Source: Rhodoferax sp.
GTDB lineage: Bacteria; Pseudomonadota; Gammaproteobacteria; Burkholderiales; Burkholderiaceae_C
Direction: 5' to 3' (one strand)
DNA: 64,000 bases
Assembly: GCF_018061265.1 (NCBI RefSeq)
Contig: NZ_JAGOUM010000003.1
Both the position numbers and the translations under genes were made by a program. The notes beneath the pieces were generated by a model. That model did no database searches. It had not been told where the DNA came from and saw only the letters and a program-made list of their open reading frames with translations. The stretch's first letter is position 1; each line of letters starts with the position of its first letter. This document shows positions 52,384 through 60,272 of the stretch, piece after piece.

Positions 52384-52609
52384 TCAACTTGACTCAATCA
52401 CCCTAGCCACGTCCCCACGGCAGACAGAGCAACCCGACCAGCAACAAGTCGCCTCGTCTGACAATGCAAGTGAAGTTGGTTATGGTTACCTCATGCCTGC
52501 ATGTGCTGCACCAGACGTTAGACATCGGCAGCTGCCTTGTCTGCGGTGGAATTGCGGTCCAAAGTTTTGCAGCAGGCGCGGTGAATTCAGGAATATTGTC
52601 GATATTCAT
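52384..52609 (-). pseudogene. Frameshifted small zinc-ribbon protein
   Basis: NVWCSTC in one frame; a second knuckle CSVCRGDVARVIESS* continues in a shifted frame near 52430. Confidence 0.6.
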
Positions 52610-52908
52610 GTAGGCAATGCCTTCGCTGTATGAACACAATCCTCCCAAGGCAGCACGTTACAGCCACAATCTGCAGCGCCACTGTCAGACGCCAAGGCAG
52701 GAATCAGCGGCATCAATCTTGGCTTCTTTGCTGGCAGCATCTCTTCAGATTTATCTCCTGCGGCATCCAGATTCGGTATCCACCGCGCAAACGGCGTCAG
52801 GTCTGCAACATTCGTGATGTACCAGCATTTCTTGGTGACATCCCAGCGTGCCCCGAGGGCTTTGACGGCGTCTTTTTCTGCAAAGGGAGTGACCAAATTG
52901 ATTCTCAT
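52606..52908 (-). CDS. DUF5710-like protein
   Basis: LVTPFAEKDAVKALGARWD...WYI...FARW. Confidence 0.8.
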   Translation of the reverse strand: MRINLVTPFAEKDAVKALGARWDVTKKCWYITNVADLTPFARWIPNLDAAGDKSEEMLPAKKPRLMPLIPALASDSGAADCGCNVLPWEDCVHTAKALPT

Positions 52909-53061
52909 GGCCAGATTATCCGTACTTGTCGAAATAGCCCCCCCTGGTTTCCGAGGGGCGTTTTATCGTGGTGAACAGTCAAACGGCAGGACTGTCGCCG
53001 ATCATGGCGATTGCCAGAAACTATGCTCTTGTTCGATAAACAACCCAGCCAGTCAACGCGC

Positions 53062-53141
53062 CAGCGATAGACCGCGTCAGCCAATAAAAAAGCCCCTACG
53101 ATTTCTCGTAAGGGATTGTTTTACTTGAGTTTTTTGGCTCC
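53062..53141. repeat. Imperfect 80-bp copy of the tRNA-Asn 3' junction (54692-54771)
   Basis: Gapless alignment, 9 mismatches in 80 by manual count, ending in TTGGCTCC. Confidence 0.88.
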
Positions 53142-53360
53142 CCAAGTTGGTTAAATCTGATGACTGGGAACCAGGGATTTTGATGTGATTTCTTGGCTCC
53201 GATCGTTTTCTTGGAGTTACAGAATCATCAGGCGGCTATGGCCATATAGCCGACAGCCTTATCTCCAGACAGCGGTCATCCAAATTAACTGGGTTTGTGG
53301 TATTTACCGGAGTGAACCGGGCAAATCAACCAGCCATTGCCGCTCCAGTTGAACGACCGG

Positions 53361-53828
53361 TCAGTCCTCACTGAGCGTCGCGTCTAGTTCAGGTGCACTT
53401 CGATCGAGTTCCGCGACGAGTAGGCGGGCAGTGGAGCGTGACAATGGTCCGAGGTCCACGGTCCTGCCATCAAGGAGCGATCGCTCTACGCTGGCGCCGT
53501 CGAAGGCAGCCGGAAGCTCCAGGCGAAGCGCATCAAGTCTGGCGGCGGAGACACCCAATACTAGACGTATAGATACGGGCACAGGTTGTTGCTCAAACCA
53601 TCCGGGATCGCCCGGCATAGACGGGTCGCCGACTTCCCATTGATCATCTGGTGAGTTCCTAACGGCGACACACCGCTTCAGAGCGACTGCTACGGCGAGT
53701 TCGTCGTGGTCTTTTGTCTGATACACGTTCTTGCGGCAATCTTGACAGTAGCCTATTGCTGGGTTCGCAGTCTCCGCGAGCTCGGACCAATTCTTGCCAC
53801 ATTCGAAGCTGAGAGTACAGTTTGGCAT
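53361..53828 (-). CDS. Hypothetical protein with Cys-rich N-terminus
   Basis: CTLSFECGKNWSEL...YCQDCRKNVY...RCVAV. Confidence 0.65.
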   Translation of the reverse strand: MPNCTLSFECGKNWSELAETANPAIGYCQDCRKNVYQTKDHDELAVAVALKRCVAVRNSPDDQWEVGDPSMPGDPGWFEQQPVPVSIRLVLGVSAARLDALRLELPAAFDGASVERSLLDGRTVDLGPLSRSTARLLVAELDRSAPELDATLSED

Positions 53829-54209
53829 CGTGAGGCCTACCGATTCGCGTTTATCCACCGCGCTACGACGCTGAAAGACACTATGTCACCTCCCGTGGCT
53901 GATAAATCATGTTGAACTAAACCGCCAGCTCAGGCAGTTGCGATAGAAGATTGAACGCTTTTCCCCGCTTATTGAATCTGATCATAACGGGACAGACGCA
54001 GAAATCTGCGAGGGAGCGGGCCCGCATAACGAATGGCAATCTCAGTCCGAACCCAGTCGCGAGTTTCGCCACAATGTCGCGGATCTATCCTGACCGAAGA
54101 TGACCGGCAACAGGAGCCTGATTCGCCTCTCAAGAAACATCTACGACCAATTCGACAGTGATAGAGTTGACTGGCTTGACCTATCACCTTTCAATTGAGG
54201 AGGAGCGCT

Positions 54210-54605
54210 ATGCCCACTATTACATCAGGACCTTGCCGAATTTGGCTCGCGTCTGTCTTTAGCGTCAATCTGTTATTGCAGTGCGGCCTCACTTTGGCGG
54301 CTGATCCGGTTCAGGCACGTAAGGAAATCACAGCGATGGGATTGCAATACACTGGCCCTAACTTCGCAAAGGCGGCTGGTAACGGAGACATGACTGCGGT
54401 CCAATTGTTTCTTGATGCTGGCATGGACGTCAATGAAGGTGGCGGCGCAGCACTCGGCTTGGCGGCAGGCAGGGGCAAGACGGCGATGGTGAAGTTCCTA
54501 ATGTCCAAAGGCGCAAAACCAACCTCTGACGCTTTGCAATACGCACGGACAAGGGGATACACGGAGATCGAAAAGATGCTGCGCGACGCGGGTGCAAAGG
54601 AATAG
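54210..54605 (+). CDS. Short exported ankyrin-repeat protein
   Basis: AAGNGDMTAVQLFLDAGMDVN, AAGRGKTAMVKFLMSKGA and ARTRGYTEIEKMLRDAGA; GAGGAG RBS; N-terminal signal-like segment. Confidence 0.85.
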   Translation: MPTITSGPCRIWLASVFSVNLLLQCGLTLAADPVQARKEITAMGLQYTGPNFAKAAGNGDMTAVQLFLDAGMDVNEGGGAALGLAAGRGKTAMVKFLMSKGAKPTSDALQYARTRGYTEIEKMLRDAGAKE

Positions 54606-54764
54606 GATCTAGCGCATTGACGGTTTTCAGCCTGTCCCATCCCCAAACACCCCCACCGAACCAAGGCAGAACCGCAGAACGCACGATGCGTCAGCGATAA
54701 ACCGATTCAGCCAATAAAAAAGCCCCCACGATTTCTCGCAAGGGCTTGTTTAAATTGAGTTTCT

Positions 54765-54840
54765 TGGCTCCTCGACCTGGGCTCGAACCAGGGACCTACG
54801 GATTAACAGTCCGGCGCTCTACCGACTGAGCTATCGAGGA
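54765..54840 (-). tRNA. tRNA-Asn(GTT)
   Basis: TCCTCGATAGCTCAGTCGGTAGAGCGCCGGACTGTTAATCCG...GAGGAGCCA, 76 nt. Confidence 0.97.
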
Positions 54841-54998
54841 ACAGCCTAAAATTATATGCTATTTTCCTTCTAAGTCACAGCCAAATGGCAAAGAAATTGA
54901 TGCTCCATGAGATTGAGGATTCTTAAACGCGGCAACTTTGAACTTAAAATGTGCCATAATGCAAGGCTTGTTTCCAAGCACCTCCAGCGAGGAAATAA

Positions 54999-55073
54999 GG
55001 GCGGTTAGCTCAGGGGTAGAGCACAGCATTCACACTGCTGGGGTCGGAGGTTCGAAGCCTCCACCGCCCACCA
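54999..55073 (+). tRNA. tRNA-Val(CAC)
   Basis: 75-nt cloverleaf GGGCGGT...CAGCA-TTCACAC-TGCTG...ACCGCCCACCA. Confidence 0.95.
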
Positions 55074-55158
55074 AACAGGTGTCACGATAAGTTTCAAGCT
55101 GACGCCATCCTCGTATCACCGAGTTGCCAGTCCATGAGCTGACTGGCGTACCTTCAGA

Positions 55159-57093
55159 TTATTCCGTCTTTGCCGCTGGCGTTAGAACCGTCGAAACAGG
55201 TACCGGCACCAATATCTGTGCATCCATACGTCCTTTTAACGCACCATAGTAGGCCTGCGCTTCTGCTGCAGTCCACCACTGGGCGTACTGCTCCCGGTCC
55301 TGCTGCGCGGACGCTTGCGTTGCCTCTTGGCGTGGCACCAGCTTATTGATCCGGACAATTGCGTAACCTTTGGAGCCTTGATCGATCCCGACCCACGCTG
55401 GCAGAACCGCAGCATTTGCGCGCAATACCGCTGACACGATTTGCGGAGAGACGCCCTGAGGTTGGTCACGCGAGATCAATAGTGCCGCAGGCAACACTGC
55501 CTTTGAGGCATCTGCCTTGAACTGCGCCAATTTTTCGGCGCCGTCTTTCTTCGCCATTTGAGCCGCCTGCGCCGCAATCACGCGTTCACGTACCGTTTTT
55601 TGAACCTCAACCAATGGCAAAGTCCTTGCCGGGCTGTGCTTGATGACCCTGCCGGCGGTAAGTTGGCTTACAGCCGTTTCAATCGCTTCGGTGTTTCGTC
55701 GCTTTTCCACGCTATCAGGTGAGAAAACTGCGCTCAAGAACTTCTCACTGGCCAAAACACCGGTTGACCCGGGCGAAACCTGCCGTTGCAGCCCATTTGC
55801 CAGTTTGATGGGCAACTGCAATTTGTCAGCCACCGGCTTGAGGCTGTCAGACTGCTCGTAGACAGTATTGGTGAAAAGTTCCGCAACCTCAGCATATTTC
55901 CGTTGCGCCTGTTGGGTCTTCAGGTCATTCTCGATCCCTGTACGTAGTTCCTCAAAACTACGCTGTTTGGGCGTCTTGATGTCGGTCAGCTTGATAATGT
56001 GATAGCCAAAGTCTGACTCAACCACGTCGCTGAGATCGCCCATTTTCATGGCATAGACGGCGTCTTCGAACGGTTTCACCATGGCACCACGCTGAAAGAA
56101 GTCCAGGTCACCCCCTTTGGCAGCCGAGCCAGAATCCTGCGATTCAGCTTTGGCAACCTCGGCAAAAGTGTTTGGCGCTGCGCGCACCTTCTTCAGCAAT
56201 TCTTCGGCCTTGGCCTTGGCGCGTTCACGTTCCGTCGCAGGAGCGTCTTTTGGTGCATTGATCAGGATGTGACTTGCCCTGCGCTCTTCATTGCCACTGA
56301 GTCGCGCAACGTTCTGCTCATAATAGGTTTTCAGGTCAGACTCAGCAATCTGTATGCCTTTCTTGACTGTCTCGATGTCAAGCACCACATATTCAATGTC
56401 GACCTGCTCTGGTGCCTGGAACATGGCCTGGTTGGCCCTGTAAAACGCTTCAACCTCTGCGTCGGTTGGCGTTATTTTGCTGAAATAGCTGGAACTTTCA
56501 AGTTGCAGCAGCTGAATCTCACGTTTCTCAAAAAAAGCCTCCAGAGCAATGTCAGCGACAGACGGTGAGGCGAAGCCGGACGCCCTGACCGCCGCCTCGA
56601 TCTGCTGTTTTGACAAGTCCTGGCGAACCGAATTCTCGAACCCCTCAGGCGTCAGCCCTTGACTCGCGGCAAGCTGGCGATAACGATCCATATCCAGTTT
56701 TCCGTCCGGTTTGCGCAACGCTGCAATTCCGGGGTCGTCCTGCAAAAATCTGGCCAATCGTGCATCACTTGTCAGCAGGCGTGATTGCAGTGCTGCTTGG
56801 GTCATCACCTGATCACGAACCAGGCGCTCCAAGGTCGCGTAACGAGCTTCCGGCGAATCCAGCAGTTTGGCGTCAACATCTGGCATCGAAGCCCGCACGC
56901 GATCAGCCTCCACCTTGTGGGCCCGGTCCCATTGCGCCTGTGTAATATCAACGCCAGCCACACGGGCCACTGCAACATCTGAGTCACCCATCCGGTTGTA
57001 GCCGTCGATTCCAAAAAGTACGAAGGAGGGAATGATCAGCAAAAACATCAAGACCATCATGATCTTGGTGTGCTTACGGACGAAATCAAACAT
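55159..57093 (-). CDS. ppiD: Periplasmic folding chaperone PpiD (SurA-N plus parvulin PPIase)
   Basis: N-terminal TM anchor, RRASHILI, SQDSGSAAKGGDL and SDFGYHIIKL. Confidence 0.92.
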   Translation of the reverse strand: MFDFVRKHTKIMMVLMFLLIIPSFVLFGIDGYNRMGDSDVAVARVAGVDITQAQWDRAHKVEADRVRASMPDVDAKLLDSPEARYATLERLVRDQVMTQAALQSRLLTSDARLARFLQDDPGIAALRKPDGKLDMDRYRQLAASQGLTPEGFENSVRQDLSKQQIEAAVRASGFASPSVADIALEAFFEKREIQLLQLESSSYFSKITPTDAEVEAFYRANQAMFQAPEQVDIEYVVLDIETVKKGIQIAESDLKTYYEQNVARLSGNEERRASHILINAPKDAPATERERAKAKAEELLKKVRAAPNTFAEVAKAESQDSGSAAKGGDLDFFQRGAMVKPFEDAVYAMKMGDLSDVVESDFGYHIIKLTDIKTPKQRSFEELRTGIENDLKTQQAQRKYAEVAELFTNTVYEQSDSLKPVADKLQLPIKLANGLQRQVSPGSTGVLASEKFLSAVFSPDSVEKRRNTEAIETAVSQLTAGRVIKHSPARTLPLVEVQKTVRERVIAAQAAQMAKKDGAEKLAQFKADASKAVLPAALLISRDQPQGVSPQIVSAVLRANAAVLPAWVGIDQGSKGYAIVRINKLVPRQEATQASAQQDREQYAQWWTAAEAQAYYGALKGRMDAQILVPVPVSTVLTPAAKTE

Positions 57094-57117
57094 GCGCGAC
57101 CTCAATTTCGGGGGAAC

Positions 57118-57145
57118 AAAAAAGGCGAACCGAGCGTTCGCCTTT
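57118..57145 (-). terminator. Intrinsic terminator after the tRNA-Val(TAC) 3' end
   Basis: AAAGGCGAAC-5 nt-GTTCGCCTTT followed by a T-run on the minus strand. Confidence 0.75.
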
Positions 57146-57152
57146 AGCTTTG

Positions 57153-57201
57153 TGGTGGGTGATGACGGGCTCGAACCGCCGACCTACGCCTTGTAAGGGC
57201 G
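57153..57201 (-). repeat. att site: 3' fragment of tRNA-Val(TAC)
   Basis: Reverse complement CGCCCTTACAAGGCGTAGGTCGGCGGTTCGAGCCCGTCATCACCCACCA lacks the tRNA 5' part; adjacent to an integrase. Confidence 0.9.
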
Positions 57202-57343
57202 AACTAACCAATCATCAACTACCAATGAAAAACGCCTTTTCATTGGAGAACCTTAGACCTTATTTCTGCTATTGCTTGCGGTTAAGTGCAGGTACTAACT
57301 AGAATTTGCACTTACGGTGCACTTAAGTTCTAAAGGGTCCCCA

Positions 57344-58543
57344 ATGCAAGGCGCGATTGTATCAATTGAGAGGTCAACCATCGCGAAGGCAGCGCAGGCC
57401 AAAGACAAGCCTGCCCGGCCAATAGAAATCAGGTCCGATAGAGTGCTGGGTTTGTTGCTGCGCATCCAACCAAGCGGGTCGAGAACCTTCTACGTTCAAG
57501 TAAAACGAGGTCAGCGGGTCAAGATCGGCCCTGCTGGCACTTACACCCTCAAGCAAGCCGAGGAACGAGCCAAGGCCATTCTGAGGGACCCTGACGCCGC
57601 GCTTAAGTGCAGCGTAAGTGCTCAGACCCTGGATGAATACATCACCAACCATTACACCGACCATGCACTTGCCAAACTAAAGAACGGTCAGAAATCCATC
57701 GACCGGGTCAGAGCAATCTGGAAGTCGCTGTTATCCAAACGACTGACCGACATCAAGGCCACTGACATCGACAAGCACCGCGACAAGCGGGTAAACGCTG
57801 GCGTGACGCCTGCGACGGTCAACCGCGATGTATCGGCCCTGTCTGGGGTCCTGGCGCATTGGGCTAAGAGTACCGGGTCAGAGCATCCATTGGCCGGGTT
57901 TGAGGTCCTGCGGGTTGCTGACGACGAGGTCGTGCGCTACCTGACCCCGGACGAATCAAAACGACTCAGGCAGGCGTTGGCTGATCGTGATGAATCAGCC
58001 AGCGCTGCCCGGGTCAGTGCGAATCAATGGCGCAGCGACCGTGGCAGAGAGCTACTGCCAGTGATCAGCGGGTTCTGCGACCACATGACGCCGATGGTCC
58101 TGCTGAGTCTCAACACTGGCATGAGGCAAGGTGAGCTTTTCTCGCTGGCCTGGGAGTCTGTGGACCTGAGCTTGAAAACCATCACGGTCCTGGCGTCGCA
58201 CAGCAAGGGCAACAACACCCGGGTGATTCCGATCAACACCGAAGCGCTGGCGGTGCTGACGACGATCAAACCAAACCCGGCAAAAGGTCTGGTGTTCAAG
58301 TCACCAGTCACTGGCGGCAGGTTCAACAACGTCAAAAAGGCGTGGGCAGAGATTACCAAGGCGGCAGGCGTACCGGACCTGCGTTGGCACGACCTGCGGC
58401 ATGACTTCGCATCGCAGTTGGTGATGAAGGGAGCGCCGCTGTTTACGGTCCAGAAGTTGCTCGGTCATGCCAACAGTCGGATGACCCAGCGTTACGCCAA
58501 GTTAGCACCATCGACGTTATCGGATGCAGTGAACCTACTTTGA
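57344..58543 (+). CDS. Tyrosine integrase
   Basis: TGMRQGE, SKG, WHDLRH, LLGH and TQRY. Confidence 0.94.
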   Translation: MQGAIVSIERSTIAKAAQAKDKPARPIEIRSDRVLGLLLRIQPSGSRTFYVQVKRGQRVKIGPAGTYTLKQAEERAKAILRDPDAALKCSVSAQTLDEYITNHYTDHALAKLKNGQKSIDRVRAIWKSLLSKRLTDIKATDIDKHRDKRVNAGVTPATVNRDVSALSGVLAHWAKSTGSEHPLAGFEVLRVADDEVVRYLTPDESKRLRQALADRDESASAARVSANQWRSDRGRELLPVISGFCDHMTPMVLLSLNTGMRQGELFSLAWESVDLSLKTITVLASHSKGNNTRVIPINTEALAVLTTIKPNPAKGLVFKSPVTGGRFNNVKKAWAEITKAAGVPDLRWHDLRHDFASQLVMKGAPLFTVQKLLGHANSRMTQRYAKLAPSTLSDAVNLL

Positions 58544-58631
58544 TTACACCGAAGCCGTGGCGGTGTTTATCCACGGCAAAGGCGATACGACCGCCCTGCC
58601 CGTCTACCACTCTCAAAACAGGAGTTTGAAA

Positions 58632-58919
58632 ATGGGTACTTTCGATTCTACAAACGGTGACTTCGCAGGCTTGACAACTGCACAAGTTAAGACCGTTCTG
58701 TCAGCCATTGCCACTCAGGCCCTCACGATATCGCAGGTCTGCTCTGCTCACGCGATGGAACATGACGCCGATGAAATGGGCAACGTATTCAGGACGCTGG
58801 AAATGATGGTGTCTACGCTTGGTTCGTTGGCTGATCGACCACTCGGAGGCGGTTGCGTTGGTGATGTTGCCGCCTGGCACTGCGGACCAAACTTTGCCAC
58901 TGTGGAACACTATAGGTAG
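58632..58919 (+). CDS. Hypothetical protein
   Basis: AGGAG RBS before ATG 58632; 95 aa. Confidence 0.6.
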   Translation: MGTFDSTNGDFAGLTTAQVKTVLSAIATQALTISQVCSAHAMEHDADEMGNVFRTLEMMVSTLGSLADRPLGGGCVGDVAAWHCGPNFATVEHYR

Positions 58920-58961
58920 TGTCTTCGTTGCATAAAAGCACCACCTATGGTGTTTTTATGC

Positions 58962-58989
58962 TTGCAAGTGTCTGCTGTTGATGTATACT
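58962..58989 (+). promoter_or_regulatory. Putative sigma70 promoter, preceded by a 14-bp inverted repeat (58930-58961)
   Basis: TTGCAA-16 bp-TATACT; GCATAAAAGCACCA/TGGTGTTTTTATGC palindrome abuts the -35. Confidence 0.5.
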
Positions 58990-59260
58990 TCGAGCCATAG
59001 GCACTGGCAGCGCATACGGCTGGTGCTGAAAACTGGTTGCTAGACACCTAAGTCTTGACAGGGGTGGTCCCCCAAACGAACCGGGCAACGCCCCCGCTGG
59101 CCTATAAACGGTCAGTCAGTTTCGAGTGAGCTTCGCCGACACCCTGTCGTGACGCGAATAAGCCCGGAAGCCTGAGTGAGCTTTTGAGTATGTAGCAGGG
59201 TAGCTTCGCGCTGCCCTGCCTGTATTTTCATCAGGGCAGCGTGTAAATCACTTACACGCT

Positions 59261-59461
59261 ATGGAAAAAATCACTTTACCACCGCTGGTGCATTCACCCG
59301 ATAGCGCAGGTCCGCGCATTGGTGTTCCTACTCGCACCATTTACGACCTTATCGCCAAAGGCGAAATCCGCAGTTTCAAGTCAGGCAAGCGTCGGCTGAT
59401 TCCTGACGTCGAGTTGCAAAACTACGTACAGCGCAAGATGGCGCAGGCGTGTGCAGCATGA
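59261..59461 (+). CDS. Excisionase/AlpA-like HTH protein
   Basis: IGVPTRTIYDLIAKGEIRSFKSGKRRLIP. Confidence 0.85.
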   Translation: MEKITLPPLVHSPDSAGPRIGVPTRTIYDLIAKGEIRSFKSGKRRLIPDVELQNYVQRKMAQACAA

Positions 59462-59637
59462 CTGACAACAGAAAGCGTTTGGAAACGCTCAGGGCAAAAG
59501 CAGCGTTGGCTGGTCATCAGTTGATCGAGACTCAAGGCGGCTACATGGTGCGCAGATGGTGCTACAGCAAGCACGTTGACAGTCTTGATGACGTTGCGGC
59601 ATTGCTGGAGAAGATGACAGGGAGGCCAGCGAAATGA
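59458..59637 (+). CDS. Small hypothetical protein
   Basis: ATGA-coupled to the excisionase; LETLRAKAALAGHQL...YMVRRW. Confidence 0.65.
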   Translation: MTDNRKRLETLRAKAALAGHQLIETQGGYMVRRWCYSKHVDSLDDVAALLEKMTGRPAK

Positions 59638-59789
59638 CCAACCTGCATGAACTGGCAAAAGCAATCCGCCTGCCCTATGGCGACAAGGGCGATGCACGAT
59701 CGGCCAAACGCCGGGAGCTTCGAGCGCTTTCCAAAGCGTTTGGCCGCGCCCGTGCAGCCGCAGATCGAGCGTTACAGCGTAAGAAATGA
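59634..59789 (+). CDS. Small basic hypothetical protein (51 aa)
   Basis: Translated by hand from an ATGA overlap with GGAGG RBS (MTNLHELAKAIRLPYG...QRKK); below the ORF-track cutoff. Confidence 0.55.
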   Translation: MTNLHELAKAIRLPYGDKGDARSAKRRELRALSKAFGRARAAADRALQRKK

Positions 59790-59912
59790 AAAAGCCACGT
59801 TTGGAGCGTGGCTTGATCGGTTGCTAGAAGCAGAAGTGAGTGTCTGCATTCTAGCAACTGCTTAAAAATTAAGCAATGCTTCATCGTGGTTCCCAACACA
59901 AGGAACCATCAC

Positions 59913-60272
59913 ATGGACAACTTAAACCCGGCACTGGTTGCCGACCTATCAGACCGCATCCTGGCCTATTGCAAAACCAAGCCTGCGGTTAGCTTTGCTG
60001 AACTATCGAGGGACGTTGAAGGTTTCAAGGGCGGTTACTGCTGGGAGTTTGGCCGCACCAACATCATTTTCTGGTCTGGCCTCAGTCTGGAAGCTGGCAC
60101 TGCAATAAGCAAGCTGTTCCGTTCAGGCCGCATTGATCTTGACCCATGCCACCCGCTGACATATTTGATCGACGGTCATGCTCTTAATTTGCCACTGGCA
60201 ACGGAGGCGAAAAGCTACGACACCGAGCATTGGTTGCCTGTCGTGCTGAACCTGAAAGGCGGTGCAGCATGA
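59913..60272 (+). CDS. Hypothetical protein resembling the SaPI 'pathogenicity island protein' (Ppi-like)
   Basis: NIIFWSG...YLIDG..LNLPLA...WLPVVL motifs; AAGGA RBS. The family link is from recall only. Confidence 0.65.
   Translation: MDNLNPALVADLSDRILAYCKTKPAVSFAELSRDVEGFKGGYCWEFGRTNIIFWSGLSLEAGTAISKLFRSGRIDLDPCHPLTYLIDGHALNLPLATEAKSYDTEHWLPVVLNLKGGAA

Larger units (their letters stand above)
38469..54810. mobile_element. Integrative genomic island (~16.3 kb) at the tRNA-Asn 3' end
   Basis: Flanking 47-bp direct repeat, tyrosine integrase, AT-rich cargo and two IS elements. Confidence 0.88.

Noticed and set aside
38516-54763. Known anti-phage defence system in the island
   Set aside because: No recognisable RM, Abi, CBASS, retron, TIR/SIR2 or toxin-antitoxin motifs were seen by eye; unknown ORFs cannot be excluded without HMM searches.
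57153-57201. tRNA-Val(TAC) gene
   Set aside because: The D-arm and 5' acceptor strand are missing; interpreted as an att site.
59647-59865. 72-aa ORF from the track in the satellite early region
   Set aside because: The overlapping frame 59634-59789 has an ATGA overlap and a GGAGG RBS and is the better candidate.
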